DNA of 64,000 nucleotides. Origin: a virus. Below, in pieces: positions 1 to 9,574 of the stretch. The position numbers were made by a program, and so were the translations under genes. How positions within the stretch are numbered: position 1 is the stretch's first letter; each line of letters opens with the position of its first letter. The DNA lies in the IMG/VR virus record IMGVR_UViG_3300035665_000004, positions 57,947-121,946 of that record; one strand, 5' to 3'. The notes under the pieces are model-generated. The model saw nothing but the letters and a program-made list of their open reading frames with translations. It did not search any database and was not told where the DNA came from.

Positions 1-2
1 TT

Positions 3-308
3 AGAGATATTAGTAAAGCTGGTGATTATGAATCTCAAATAAGAGATGAAATATTAAATTCTGTACAAATCCAACGGACATTACAAGATTATCAACGCAA
101 TTCATCCGATAAACGGTCGACTAGAGATTATTTAAAACAACATATTGATTTTTTGGTTAATGTTTCCCCAGGTAAAACAAAAAAAGATATTGTTTCCAAA
201 ATGACAATTGAACATGCGGCAGCCATTATGAAGATAGCTGCAAAAGCAGATGTTCCTGAAAAACTATTAAAGAAACATTTAAAACATCTCAAAAAAGAAT
301 ACACATAA
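3..308 (+). CDS. 3' end of a hypothetical protein (truncated by the window edge)
   Basis: Frame 3 is open from base 3 to TAA at 306-308 (RDISKAGDYESQIRDE...KHLKKEYT*). Confidence 0.7.
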   Translation, partial: RDISKAGDYESQIRDEILNSVQIQRTLQDYQRNSSDKRSTRDYLKQHIDFLVNVSPGKTKKDIVSKMTIEHAAAIMKIAAKADVPEKLLKKHLKHLKKEYT

Positions 309-447
309 CATAACGTCTACACCCCACTACAAAAGTAAATTGATGTCAACTATGTTTGTAGTGGGGTAGAAATAATTGTAACACTGAAACATTTTTAGTA
401 TAATTTATTTGTAGTTGAAATTTTAATTTTTTATAAGGAAAAACAAA

Positions 448-762
448 ATGATTGAATTCGATAATGGTCGAGTAACTGAAGTATTACGTGCATGTTTAAT
501 TATCGTTCAGCAGCAAGAAATGATTGATGAAGTAATTCCAGATATTGCTGATGAATTTGGTGTTAGTAAAGGTTCAGTTAAGAAAATTTGTATGGCATAC
601 GCAAAAGATACATTGCAGAAAACACAGGAAAAATTAGAAGATGAACGGTCAATGCTCGCAAACATTGAATTATTGATAGAAGCGGTTGAAAACATATCAC
701 CTTCAGATATTAAAGAAGTATATGAAGAATCAGATTTAAAAAAACCAGATGTTGAAGATTAG
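448..762 (+). CDS. Putative T4 DsbA-like small dsDNA-binding protein
   Basis: 104 aa with an AAGGA RBS. The pattern 'IPDIADEFGVSKGSVKKICMAYAKD...E' resembles T4 DsbA (I.DI...K.E.GV..K....L..Y.K). Confidence 0.45.
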   Translation: MIEFDNGRVTEVLRACLIIVQQQEMIDEVIPDIADEFGVSKGSVKKICMAYAKDTLQKTQEKLEDERSMLANIELLIEAVENISPSDIKEVYEESDLKKPDVED

Positions 763-834
763 TTACATTATTAAAAATTTTCTTTAGTTTTAACGTTAAA
801 GAATTTATAAATTACTTTTTTTGGGAGATTAACC

Positions 835-1242
835 ATGCATTTCAAAGGAAACATTATTATTACAGATCCATGTTATATTATTGATGAAGAAAATACTGAC
901 GATTGGGATGATTGTGAGTATGGTTGTAATATGGAAGAATTAGGTATCACCAACTATATTTGTCGGGATACACTTTATGGTGATTGGTCTTGTACTGTAT
1001 TCGATACTGTCAACGAAAACAAAATAGGAAATTTTTCTGCAGATGCTGGTATGGTTGCTGTTTTTTTACTTGATGAGGTTTTAAAATACAATCCACATTT
1101 CAACTATCATACCGAAAAACCAAATACCACAACACTTATTAAAAATTTTGATGGTGATGTAACTTTTGAGTTAAATGGAGATAATGTTCATGTAGTTGGT
1201 AAAGGAAACATCAATTTCAAATCAACACAAAATCAATTTTAA
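835..1242 (+). CDS. Hypothetical protein (ITDPCY...ADAG motif family)
   Basis: 135 aa with a GGGAG RBS. Motifs IITDPCYI, YGDW and FSADAGMVAVF look conserved; function unknown. Confidence 0.75.
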   Translation: MHFKGNIIITDPCYIIDEENTDDWDDCEYGCNMEELGITNYICRDTLYGDWSCTVFDTVNENKIGNFSADAGMVAVFLLDEVLKYNPHFNYHTEKPNTTTLIKNFDGDVTFELNGDNVHVVGKGNINFKSTQNQF

Positions 1243-1282
1243 TATAGAAGTAAAATTTATTAGCTAAGTAGCAAAAAAAAAT

Positions 1283-1320
1283 AAACCCAATTAAAATTAA
1301 AAACTTTAATTGGGTTTTTT
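1283..1320 (+). terminator. Intrinsic terminator
   Basis: Stem AAACCCAATTAAA / TTTAATTGGGTTT followed by a T-run, downstream of 835..1242. Confidence 0.7.
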
Positions 1321-1380
1321 AAAATATTTTTTTCAAATATAGAAAAGGAATTATCTATGACTACTCAAAAAAGAAATTTA

Positions 1381-1413
1381 AACTACCTTATTCTTTAGGG
1401 TGGGGTAGTTCAC
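1381..1413 (+). mobile_element. IS200/IS605-family right-end remnant (hairpin plus TCAC)
   Basis: AACTACCTTATTC-TTTA-GGGTGGGGTAGTT-CAC forms a 13-bp stem (with G.T pairs) and a TTTA loop, ending in GTAGTTCAC. This matches typical tnpB-element right ends. No transposase or TnpB gene is nearby. Confidence 0.6.
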
Positions 1414-1592
1414 ATTTTCATCCCTTATATTGTATAATTACTTAATAGAAGTTAGAGAACAGTTGGTATTCATTCCACTATTTTCTCTAGTACGGTAAAT
1501 ACTTTAGATTACTTTTCTTCTTTCTTAGTTATACAACTTAAAACTTTCTTTCACCAAATTTCATATTTTTAACGAAAATAACCGAGGCATAA

Positions 1593-2492
1593 ATGAGAAA
1601 AAAATTACACAAACATACATCACATGATACCGAATTGATTCCTCAAAATATTTTTCCAAAACAAAAGAATGTCTACGTTGGTGAGGACCAAGATAGAAAT
1701 ATAGCGATTGTACTAATATATGGTGTTATTGATGAACCCGATGAGTATGTTGATGAACTATTAAAATTAAACTGTTTATCATCAAAATATGATGTTGTTG
1801 AAGTCACGTTAAATTCACCTGGTGGTAGTTTAAATACAACTGTTGATATGCTTTCAACAATTAATAAATTTGAGGTTGTTATTACTATTGGTAAAGGTGA
1901 GGTTGCATCTGCGGCATTTATGTTATGGGCAAGTGGTGATATTAGAGTAGTTACAGATTATTCAATGTACATGGCTCATAGAGAATCGTATGGTATGTAT
2001 GGAAAAACATCCGAACATAGAGATGCTGCTCAAACATTTGGTAAAGTGTATGAGGAGCTATTTGAGGAATGTTTTGGTGATTTATTAAATGATAAGGAAA
2101 AACTTATTGCTGAAAGATCTGAAACTTGGCTATCTTATAAAGATCTATTAGAAAGAGATAGAGTTATTAGTTATGATAAATATGTTGTTCCTACAAATCT
2201 TTATTCTGTTGTTGAATTGTTTGTTACCGATTCTGGTTCAATATTTATGAAGGACCCTGATTCGGATTCATTCAGAAGTGTAACTCTACAATATGGTGAC
2301 GAAGCTCTCGAAAATATGACCAACTATCTTTATGGTATTGCACCAATAACTAAAATGCCAACTGAGGTACCTACAACAAAACCTAAAGCGAATATATCTT
2401 CAAGATTGAAAAACAAAAATGTAAAATCTACCGATGATACGACATCGACAAACAAAAAACCAAAAAATAAAACTGGAGAAAACAATGAGTGA
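1593..2492 (+). CDS. clpP: ClpP-like serine protease (S14 family)
   Basis: Motifs LNSPGGS, GEVASAA (catalytic Ser), YMAHR (His) and ETWL (acidic triad position). Lys-rich C-terminal tail. Confidence 0.8.
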   Translation: MRKKLHKHTSHDTELIPQNIFPKQKNVYVGEDQDRNIAIVLIYGVIDEPDEYVDELLKLNCLSSKYDVVEVTLNSPGGSLNTTVDMLSTINKFEVVITIGKGEVASAAFMLWASGDIRVVTDYSMYMAHRESYGMYGKTSEHRDAAQTFGKVYEELFEECFGDLLNDKEKLIAERSETWLSYKDLLERDRVISYDKYVVPTNLYSVVELFVTDSGSIFMKDPDSDSFRSVTLQYGDEALENMTNYLYGIAPITKMPTEVPTTKPKANISSRLKNKNVKSTDDTTSTNKKPKNKTGENNE

Positions 2493-3360
2493 TTTATCTG
2501 AATTAGAAATCGAAAGAGCATTAGAAATAGCAAATATACACAAAGAGGGTAATAATATTACTCTGACTGATATTGACCATTATATAAAAAATGCTATAAG
2601 TGTTGAATTTAAATCTAAATTCCCAAATGACAATTTTGATGTATCGTGGCATACCTACAAAGCTATTGGTTGTTTCCCAGCATTGGGAAATGCCTATGAT
2701 ATTGGTATTTCAATTGATAAACCAACTCATTATCTAATGCGATTAGTTGCTACCTGGCATATTGAAAAAGCATTGAAAGCATTAAAATTTGACACCGATA
2801 ACGATCCAAATTTATTAAGTGAACCGGAATTTGCAAACATTGGTACTGCAGGTAGAATTGCGAAAATTTGGGCTGGTAGTAGTTTAGATCCAGAAAATAT
2901 TAGAGAATATGGTGATGGTAGATGGGTAAAACCACCAAGATTAGCAACTTTCCCTGCAAAAGATGCAGATCGTGGAAGACCAGTTACAGTAGTTATTAAT
3001 AATCCAGGTATTGGTAGTGTATGTTCACATCACTTTTTACCATACAGCATACAAAATTCTGAGAACAGCAAAATTGTTATTTCTTATATTCCCAACAAAA
3101 AATTATTGGGATTATCAAAAATTGGTAGATTTGTAGAATGGTGTTTAAATAGACCTTCTTTACAAGAAGAAGCGACTGAATTAATCTTTAAAAAAATTAA
3201 AGAAATTGCCGAAACAGATGATGTTTATGTTGGGTTGATTGAGTTAGAGCATAGCTGTGAGACCACACGAGGTAGCAAACAACATAGCACAACCACTACT
3301 GAGGATTATAGTGGTGCGTATAATGATATTACATATCGAAATTCGATTCTTAAATACTAG
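2485..3360 (+). CDS. folE: GTP cyclohydrolase I (FolE type)
   Basis: Motifs SVCSHHFLPY, LLGLSKIGRFVEW...RPSLQE and HSCETTRG (Zn ligands C-H-C). Start moved to ATG 2485 (GGAG RBS at 2475-2478), overlapping the clpP stop. Confidence 0.85.
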   Translation: MSDLSELEIERALEIANIHKEGNNITLTDIDHYIKNAISVEFKSKFPNDNFDVSWHTYKAIGCFPALGNAYDIGISIDKPTHYLMRLVATWHIEKALKALKFDTDNDPNLLSEPEFANIGTAGRIAKIWAGSSLDPENIREYGDGRWVKPPRLATFPAKDADRGRPVTVVINNPGIGSVCSHHFLPYSIQNSENSKIVISYIPNKKLLGLSKIGRFVEWCLNRPSLQEEATELIFKKIKEIAETDDVYVGLIELEHSCETTRGSKQHSTTTTEDYSGAYNDITYRNSILKY

Positions 3361-3367
3361 TTTGTCG

Positions 3368-3398
3368 ACCACATCATATAATTCATATATGATGTGGT
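3368..3398. terminator. Perfect 13-bp hairpin after folE (terminator or mRNA-stabilising stem)
   Basis: ACCACATCATATA-attca-TATATGATGTGGT, followed by an A-run. Confidence 0.5.
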
Positions 3399-3421
3399 TA
3401 AAAAAATAAAGGTATCAAAAC

Positions 3422-3934
3422 ATGCAATACAATGAAAAATTATCGAATGAAAAATTAGGTGCATTTCAACAAGTTTCATCTGGTTATGATATTGGCAATT
3501 TATCAACACAAAACAAATCATTTATAAAATCAAAAACTAAAAATCCATTATCGTTCAAAATTAAAGATATTGAAACTGTTGGTAACTCCAGTGAAATATT
3601 AAAAGTTTTATTTTCTAATGGATTAGTAGCAAGGATAATTAAATTCACAGATAAAGAAAATCGTGCCTCATCATCATTCGATATAGTTGATGAATTAAAA
3701 AAAGAAATCTTAGTCAATACCGATAAATCATTTACTGGTGGTACTGGTATAGCAGAATCATTATTCAAAATAAATTTTATATCTCAATGGGAGGTGCCAA
3801 TATTTACAAAACTGTGTCGGGGTTTTATTTTAGGTGATCCAGAATCAATAAAAAAACTTATGTTTGACTACAACTTAAAAATAACAGAAGATACCGAATG
3901 GAAAATAAAAGAAATCATTGGAGTTAGCAAATGA
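3422..3934 (+). CDS. Hypothetical protein
   Basis: 170-aa ORF with an AAGGT RBS and an ATGA overlap with the next gene. Confidence 0.75.
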   Translation: MQYNEKLSNEKLGAFQQVSSGYDIGNLSTQNKSFIKSKTKNPLSFKIKDIETVGNSSEILKVLFSNGLVARIIKFTDKENRASSSFDIVDELKKEILVNTDKSFTGGTGIAESLFKINFISQWEVPIFTKLCRGFILGDPESIKKLMFDYNLKITEDTEWKIKEIIGVSK

Positions 3935-4653
3935 AATATGCCCCCTATTCTTTCTCCAAGATTCAAACCTTTTTTGAATGTCAGAAAAAATTTGAATACA
4001 CTTACGTTAATAAAATACCAATCGATTATGATTATGTTGACCCAATATACTTTAAAAGAGGTAGATTTTTACACGCCTATATAGCAGATAGATTAAATGG
4101 TGGTGATGGGCTAACTATAAGTCGACACAATATTGATATTGGTGAAAAACTAAAATTAGTAGAATTTGCAGATGTAACATTAAACAATGAATATATCAGT
4201 CTAACTTATGATTTTAATACCAATAAGGTTGAATCATTCGTTGCACTAGATCACGAATTAAAACCATCAAATAAAAAAAATAAATCGGCATTAAGTGGGT
4301 ATATTGATTATTATGCTGTTCATGATGATTATGGAATGATTGTAGATTGGAAATCAGGAAAATATCATAGTACCCCACACTACTTTCAACTCGAACTATA
4401 TGCGATTTGGATCTTCCAAAAATACCCAGAGGTAACAGAATTAGATTTAGTGTTTTATTATGTTGAGCATAATAAATTTCAAGTCAAAACAATAAATCCC
4501 AATGATGTTTTTGAATTAAAAACCACCCTTTCTGCAAAAATAACTATCATTGAAAATACAAACACCTTTGAGGTAAACAAATCAAAAAAATGTACATCCT
4601 GTCAATTTTTTAATGTGTGTAATTCTGAATTTGGTGTTGTTGGTGATATTTAA
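3931..4653 (+). CDS. Solo Cas4-like / RecB-family PD-(D/E)XK exonuclease with Fe-S cysteines
   Basis: Motifs SFSKIQTFFEC, G.ID...DWKSG and QLELYA. C-terminal CTSCQFFNVC gives the 1+3 Cys staple arrangement. Confidence 0.8.
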   Translation: MKYAPYSFSKIQTFFECQKKFEYTYVNKIPIDYDYVDPIYFKRGRFLHAYIADRLNGGDGLTISRHNIDIGEKLKLVEFADVTLNNEYISLTYDFNTNKVESFVALDHELKPSNKKNKSALSGYIDYYAVHDDYGMIVDWKSGKYHSTPHYFQLELYAIWIFQKYPEVTELDLVFYYVEHNKFQVKTINPNDVFELKTTLSAKITIIENTNTFEVNKSKKCTSCQFFNVCNSEFGVVGDI

Positions 4654-4664
4654 AAAAATGTATT

Positions 4665-4694
4665 TTTAAATCCTATATAATCATAGGATTTAAA
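4665..4694. terminator. Bidirectional terminator between convergent genes
   Basis: TTTAAATCCTAT / ATAGGATTTAAA inverted repeat. Confidence 0.65.
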
Positions 4695-4704
4695 TACGAA
4701 AATA

Positions 4705-5145
4705 TTATGTGATAGTTTTATAACCACCACCACTTTTATTAATACTACTATAAACTGAACCAATGTCAGTAGATATAGGTTTAGTTGCCACAGATTCGTT
4801 AGATGTATTCTGCTCGTTCATAATTTGAATAAGTGCTTTCTTTATAGCTTCCTCATATATAAAATTTGATACTTGACCAGCAATGTTTGCGTAAGGTTTA
4901 TTATTTTTCATAATCACCATTGCTGGAACGGTACTCATCAAAAAATACTGTGCCAATTTACCTGTTTCCTCATCTATTGCACAGGTATATATGTCAATTT
5001 TTCCACAAAATTTTTCATCAAAATTATCAAACATCTTGAAAATATTTTCTAAATTTGGGAGTTTATTAGAATAAAATAAAATCATAAATGTTCGACCATT
5101 AAATAAAACATCATCGATAATATCATCGGTTATCTTAGCAATCAT
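4705..5145 (-). CDS. Thioredoxin-fold protein lacking CXXC
   Basis: Trx-like spacing (MILFY...IDIYTCAID..GKLAQYF.MSTVPAMVIMKN.K...IAG), but SNKLP occupies the WCGPC position. Confidence 0.6.
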   Translation of the reverse strand: MIAKITDDIIDDVLFNGRTFMILFYSNKLPNLENIFKMFDNFDEKFCGKIDIYTCAIDEETGKLAQYFLMSTVPAMVIMKNNKPYANIAGQVSNFIYEEAIKKALIQIMNEQNTSNESVATKPISTDIGSVYSSINKSGGGYKTIT

Positions 5146-5487
5146 ATTTTTTCTCCTTGGTATTATTAATCTACAGGATTATACAAAAAATATTTCTTAG
5201 TAATCTTTGAATTTTGTAGTTAAAGAATAAGATTTACTAGAATATGATAGTGGTGTTAAAACTATATATTAATAAGGTGTTTTTTTGCACATATTCCAAC
5301 AAAATTTATTTCATATGTATATTCGTATATTATTATCAAATCTGAATTTAATTTTGGTTTTTGTTATTGCTGAAAGCAATTATTCCTCAGAGGCTCCTCT
5401 TTAATATTCTTTAATATCTATTCTTTAGGAAAATATTTTTCATTTTTATGCTATATTAATAAAGTGTTTTAACTGGCAAGATGTGAA

Positions 5488-5606
5488 AAATCCATTTTAG
5501 TTTTGGTTGTGGTGGGAAAAAATCAATTTTAGTTTTGGTTGTTTTGACATGAAATCCATTTTAGTTTTGGTTGTGGTGGGAAAAAATCAATTTTAGTTTT
5601 GGTTGT
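5488..5606 (+). repeat. Iteron array: 4 x 23 bp at an exact 32-bp period (putative plasmid-type origin)
   Basis: AAATC(C/A)ATTTTAGTTTTGGTTGT starts at 5488, 5520, 5552 and 5584 with 9-bp spacers. It has AT-rich flanks and lies just upstream of the Rep_3 gene. Confidence 0.85.
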
Positions 5607-5643
5607 TTGCTAATTGAAACAAATTTTGCAAGTATATTCAAAA

Positions 5644-5672
5644 TTGATAAAAAACAATTTTTTTTATATAAT
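5644..5672 (+). promoter_or_regulatory. Sigma70-type promoter of rep
   Basis: TTGATA (5644-5649), 17-bp spacer, TATAAT (5667-5672). Confidence 0.7.
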
Positions 5673-5716
5673 AAAAATGTATAATATGATTATGAAATAA
5701 TCTTTGAGGTAAAAAA

Positions 5717-6913
5717 ATGAAAACTCCCGATAAAATAAATACGGATCGGTATGAAGTAAACAAACCATCAGAACTGTGTCAAGTAATATTCATCAAGAAT
5801 TTTAAAAATGATTTTGAAATTTACAAAATTAGTCCTATGCAATTGGATCTAATAAATGGTATAATTTATAAGGTTCGGGAAATCATAATTAAGGAAAATT
5901 TAAACATCGATGATGAAATTCCATCTACATTATTCGACATAAAACTAAATGATTTTGCAAATATGTTTTCCGCTTATACTAATAACGACTATAAGGTTTT
6001 ACTTGAAAAACTTATAGAATTGTCAGAAATGAAAATTATTATAAATGCCCTAGGTAAAAATAAAGATATTGATGAAACAATCATGACTAGGTTTATTCAT
6101 GAGATACGACTATCAAAACATAAACATCAAAAAAACCAAAGAATTAGAGTTGCGATTTCTAATATTATAATTAACAGGTTTATTAACGTAAAAAAATATT
6201 TTTCCAAAATGTTTTTTACAATCCAATTTTCGATGGTATCAAAATACTCAAAGTTATTATATGAATTATTGAAAGATTATGAAAATATTAAAAAAATAGA
6301 ATTGACTGTAAATTCATTGCATGATTTACTAAATGTTGTTGAACCAAACCAACGCAAATGGACATTATTTAATCAAAATATTTTGAAAAAAGCTGTCAAT
6401 GAAATCAATGAAAAAGCAGATATTAAAGTTTTTTACGAACCTATTAAAGAAAGACCATCATCAACTGAAAGATTGCAGGTAACAAAAGTTAAATTTGTTA
6501 TCGAGAAACAAACGGAGTCAAGACTACAATCACTAGGGTTAATTCATGAATCGATAAAATCCAATAAGTTCTATAATAAGTCGAAAAATAAATTAGACAA
6601 ATTATTGAAAACTGGGTACAAACTAATCGATGAAGAAAAATGGATTGAAACCGACATCAAAAACAATGCTGTCCGATATGATGCTGAAATAAGAATTGAT
6701 AACTGGTTGAAAAATACACCACAAGATGATAAAAATAACATATATGCAATGCTTGCAAAAACACTTGATGATTGTGACGAACAATTTATTTATATTGATG
6801 GATATTTAATTAGAGGAGTTTTTTCGAATGATTCATATACTAGAAACCCAATGGAAACTATTTCTGTAATGAATGAGTTGATCAACCAAATTTCTTCAAA
6901 CTCAACCAATTAA
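5717..6913 (+). CDS. Plasmid replication initiator, Rep_3 (RepA/RepB) family
   Basis: SKYSKLLYELLKDY, TVNSLHDLL, F.QNILKKAVNEINEKADIKV and VTKVKFVI follow the Rep_3 second winged-helix pattern. Iterons lie immediately upstream. Confidence 0.85.
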   Translation: MKTPDKINTDRYEVNKPSELCQVIFIKNFKNDFEIYKISPMQLDLINGIIYKVREIIIKENLNIDDEIPSTLFDIKLNDFANMFSAYTNNDYKVLLEKLIELSEMKIIINALGKNKDIDETIMTRFIHEIRLSKHKHQKNQRIRVAISNIIINRFINVKKYFSKMFFTIQFSMVSKYSKLLYELLKDYENIKKIELTVNSLHDLLNVVEPNQRKWTLFNQNILKKAVNEINEKADIKVFYEPIKERPSSTERLQVTKVKFVIEKQTESRLQSLGLIHESIKSNKFYNKSKNKLDKLLKTGYKLIDEEKWIETDIKNNAVRYDAEIRIDNWLKNTPQDDKNNIYAMLAKTLDDCDEQFIYIDGYLIRGVFSNDSYTRNPMETISVMNELINQISSNSTN

Positions 6914-6969
6914 AATGAACTTCATTATTTTTTTGTAAAATTAATAAAAAAACATGGAATAATAATATT

Positions 6970-9483
6970 ATGCTAAAAAATCCAAATCCAAATCAAGAAG
7001 TGATTGATTTTTATAATTTACTCAAAACCAATCCAGACAAACAGTGGTATGAATACGAGGAATACAAATTTGTATTAATTGCAGAAAAACCTAGTCAAAT
7101 AAAAAGTTTAAGAGCCGTACTTCCTAAAGGGAAACATATCAAAATAATTTCTTTAGCAGGGCATATCATGAGATTAAAAAATTTTGAAGAGTACGATTTA
7201 TCTTTAAAAGATAAATCCTGGTACAAAATGGTAAAAGATGATAATCTACCATTCATACCCAATGAATTTGAATCAGTAGTAAAAGAAAAATCCACAGGTA
7301 AATTCAGAACAGATTACAATGAAATGTTTTTATCGTTGAAGCGTTCGACAAAAGAAGCAGATTTCATTATTTCGGTAGCAGATCCAGATAATGAAGGGTG
7401 TTCATTGATGTATCAACCAGTTGATTATGCTGGTAATAGTCAAAAAATTCTTGGTCAAATCAATATGTCGAAGTTAGATTTTTTCTCATTACAGGAAGAA
7501 ATTAAAACATTTGATACAATCGATTATTTTAGTATGGCACAAGCAGGTATTGCGAGAAGTGAGTTTGATTGGACTTTTGGATTAAACAATACCATATTAG
7601 CATCCGTTCTATTAGGTGGCGGTCAAACATATCATATCGGAGGTGTTAAATCACCAGTATTGAGAATGGTCTATGATAGAATCAAAAGTATTGAATCATT
7701 CAAACCTGAAAAATATTGTCAGTTTTTAGGTGAAGCAAAACATACAAAAACTGGAGTAGATTTTAAATACATTGTTAAAGTTAAACAAAATGATACCGAA
7801 ATTATCAACACTCAGGATAAAATTGATATATTGGAAATGAAGATAAATGGTATGGACAAAGAAAACCCAGAAATATTGGGTGAAATAGGTAATTTATATG
7901 TGGAATTGGGAAAATTGCGATGGAAACTCAACGAATTAATTAAAGATTATGAATCCTCGGAACGAGACATTTACAATAGAACTATACGTACCAAAATAGA
8001 AAATGTAATCAAAGATGGTATGAAATTTAAAATATCAAATTTTGAGACTAAAAAAGGGTTAACTCAAAATCCACCTTTGGCATACTCATTAACCGATTTA
8101 CAGGCTGAGGCTGGTAACAGTCATAATTTTACACCAGCCAAAACATTAGAAATCGCACAGAAACTTTATGAAGGTCAATGGCAGTCTTATCCTCGAACGG
8201 ATAACAGATATTATGCAACTGGTGAGATGGCAAATATAAAGAAAATAATTCCAAATTTATTGGGATTAACAACTTTTTCTAATGTTAAAATACCTGTACC
8301 TTATAAGGTTAATACGGGAGTATTCAACTCAGCAAAAATTTCTGCTCATACAGGGTTATCACCAACAACCAAGGAAATAAAAGATTCATCATTAACTGGC
8401 GAAATGAAAACTATATATGATATGGTTTCAACAAGGTATCTAATTCAATTTATGGACAAATTTGAATACTACCAGGTAAAGTTGGATGTTGATGTTGATG
8501 TTGACATTTATATCACTACACATCAAAATATAGAAGTTAAAAAAGGATGGCGAGAATTATATAATCCTGCAAATATGTATGGTTTCAATTATGTACAAAA
8601 ACAAACATTACCAAATATGTTAATTGGTGATGAAATTGAAATACTATCTATCACTCGTGAAGATTTACAAACAAAACCATCACCAATGTTTAACGATTTT
8701 TCATTGTTGAAAGGTATGGAAAATATTGGTCGAATTTATTCAGAATTGGAGGGATTAGAAAAAGGCATTGGTACACCGGCCACAAGAGCCAGTATCTTGG
8801 ATCAGTTATTTAAGGCAAAATATTTAATTAAGAAAGGAAAAATTGTTGATTTGAGTCCAAAAGCTAAAATGCTCATTAAATTATTACCAGATGAAATGAC
8901 ATCACCAAAATTAAGAGCTGATATGGAAGCAAAGTTAAATGATATTATTTCCAATAAAATAACCAAATTAGATTATGAAACTGAATTTAAAGAATTGATT
9001 TCTGACCAAACTAAATCTTTATATGAAATTTCAAAAAATAACAAAATAGAAGTCATTGATAAAGCAACATTACCACCTTCAGATGCCCAAATAAAATTTG
9101 CAAATCAAATCGCAAAAGAATTAAAATTATCCATACCTAAAGAGGCTTTAAAATTAAAAGACGAGATGATGCAGTGGTTGAAAAAAAATGAAAAAAATAT
9201 GCCTCAACTTTTAAGTGAAAAACAGTATTTATTCCTTAAAGAATATGGTAGTGACGATGAAAAAATTGTTTCGATCTTAGAGGCTCAAGATAATAGAACA
9301 ATGACAAAAGAACAAAAGTTTGAAGCAAGTAAATGGTTAGGTTCGTTCATCAGAACTAGCAAATATCAAAAATTACGTGCCGCAAAAGGAGCAGCTACTA
9401 AAAAAAGAAATAGAGAGGAAAAAATGAAATCTTTAGGTGTTGTTGTACCTGATGTAAAGTTGAAATCTTTAAAAAAGAAATAG
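6970..9483 (+). CDS. topB: Type IA DNA topoisomerase (topoisomerase III-like, plasmid type)
   Basis: Motifs IAEKPS, LAGHI, ADPDNEG, SYPRTDN (catalytic Tyr) and GIGTPATRASIL. C-terminal PPSDAQIKFA...I region. Confidence 0.85.
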   Translation: MLKNPNPNQEVIDFYNLLKTNPDKQWYEYEEYKFVLIAEKPSQIKSLRAVLPKGKHIKIISLAGHIMRLKNFEEYDLSLKDKSWYKMVKDDNLPFIPNEFESVVKEKSTGKFRTDYNEMFLSLKRSTKEADFIISVADPDNEGCSLMYQPVDYAGNSQKILGQINMSKLDFFSLQEEIKTFDTIDYFSMAQAGIARSEFDWTFGLNNTILASVLLGGGQTYHIGGVKSPVLRMVYDRIKSIESFKPEKYCQFLGEAKHTKTGVDFKYIVKVKQNDTEIINTQDKIDILEMKINGMDKENPEILGEIGNLYVELGKLRWKLNELIKDYESSERDIYNRTIRTKIENVIKDGMKFKISNFETKKGLTQNPPLAYSLTDLQAEAGNSHNFTPAKTLEIAQKLYEGQWQSYPRTDNRYYATGEMANIKKIIPNLLGLTTFSNVKIPVPYKVNTGVFNSAKISAHTGLSPTTKEIKDSSLTGEMKTIYDMVSTRYLIQFMDKFEYYQVKLDVDVDVDIYITTHQNIEVKKGWRELYNPANMYGFNYVQKQTLPNMLIGDEIEILSITREDLQTKPSPMFNDFSLLKGMENIGRIYSELEGLEKGIGTPATRASILDQLFKAKYLIKKGKIVDLSPKAKMLIKLLPDEMTSPKLRADMEAKLNDIISNKITKLDYETEFKELISDQTKSLYEISKNNKIEVIDKATLPPSDAQIKFANQIAKELKLSIPKEALKLKDEMMQWLKKNEKNMPQLLSEKQYLFLKEYGSDDEKIVSILEAQDNRTMTKEQKFEASKWLGSFIRTSKYQKLRAAKGAATKKRNREEKMKSLGVVVPDVKLKSLKKK

Positions 9484-9574
9484 ATGAAATAAGTTGATCT
9501 GAAAAAGAGAGGATTTAAAATTAATTTAAAAAAATAATATATTAATTAGACAATACAATCTATTAAAAATCAAA

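Noticed and set aside
5488-5606. Mini CRISPR array
   Set aside because: Spacers are only 9 bp and two are identical. The exact 32-bp phasing and the adjacent Rep_3 gene fit iterons.
5150-5716. DnaA boxes at the putative origin
   Set aside because: Only a mismatched TTATACAAA near 5183 was seen; this is not distinguishable from chance in AT-rich DNA.
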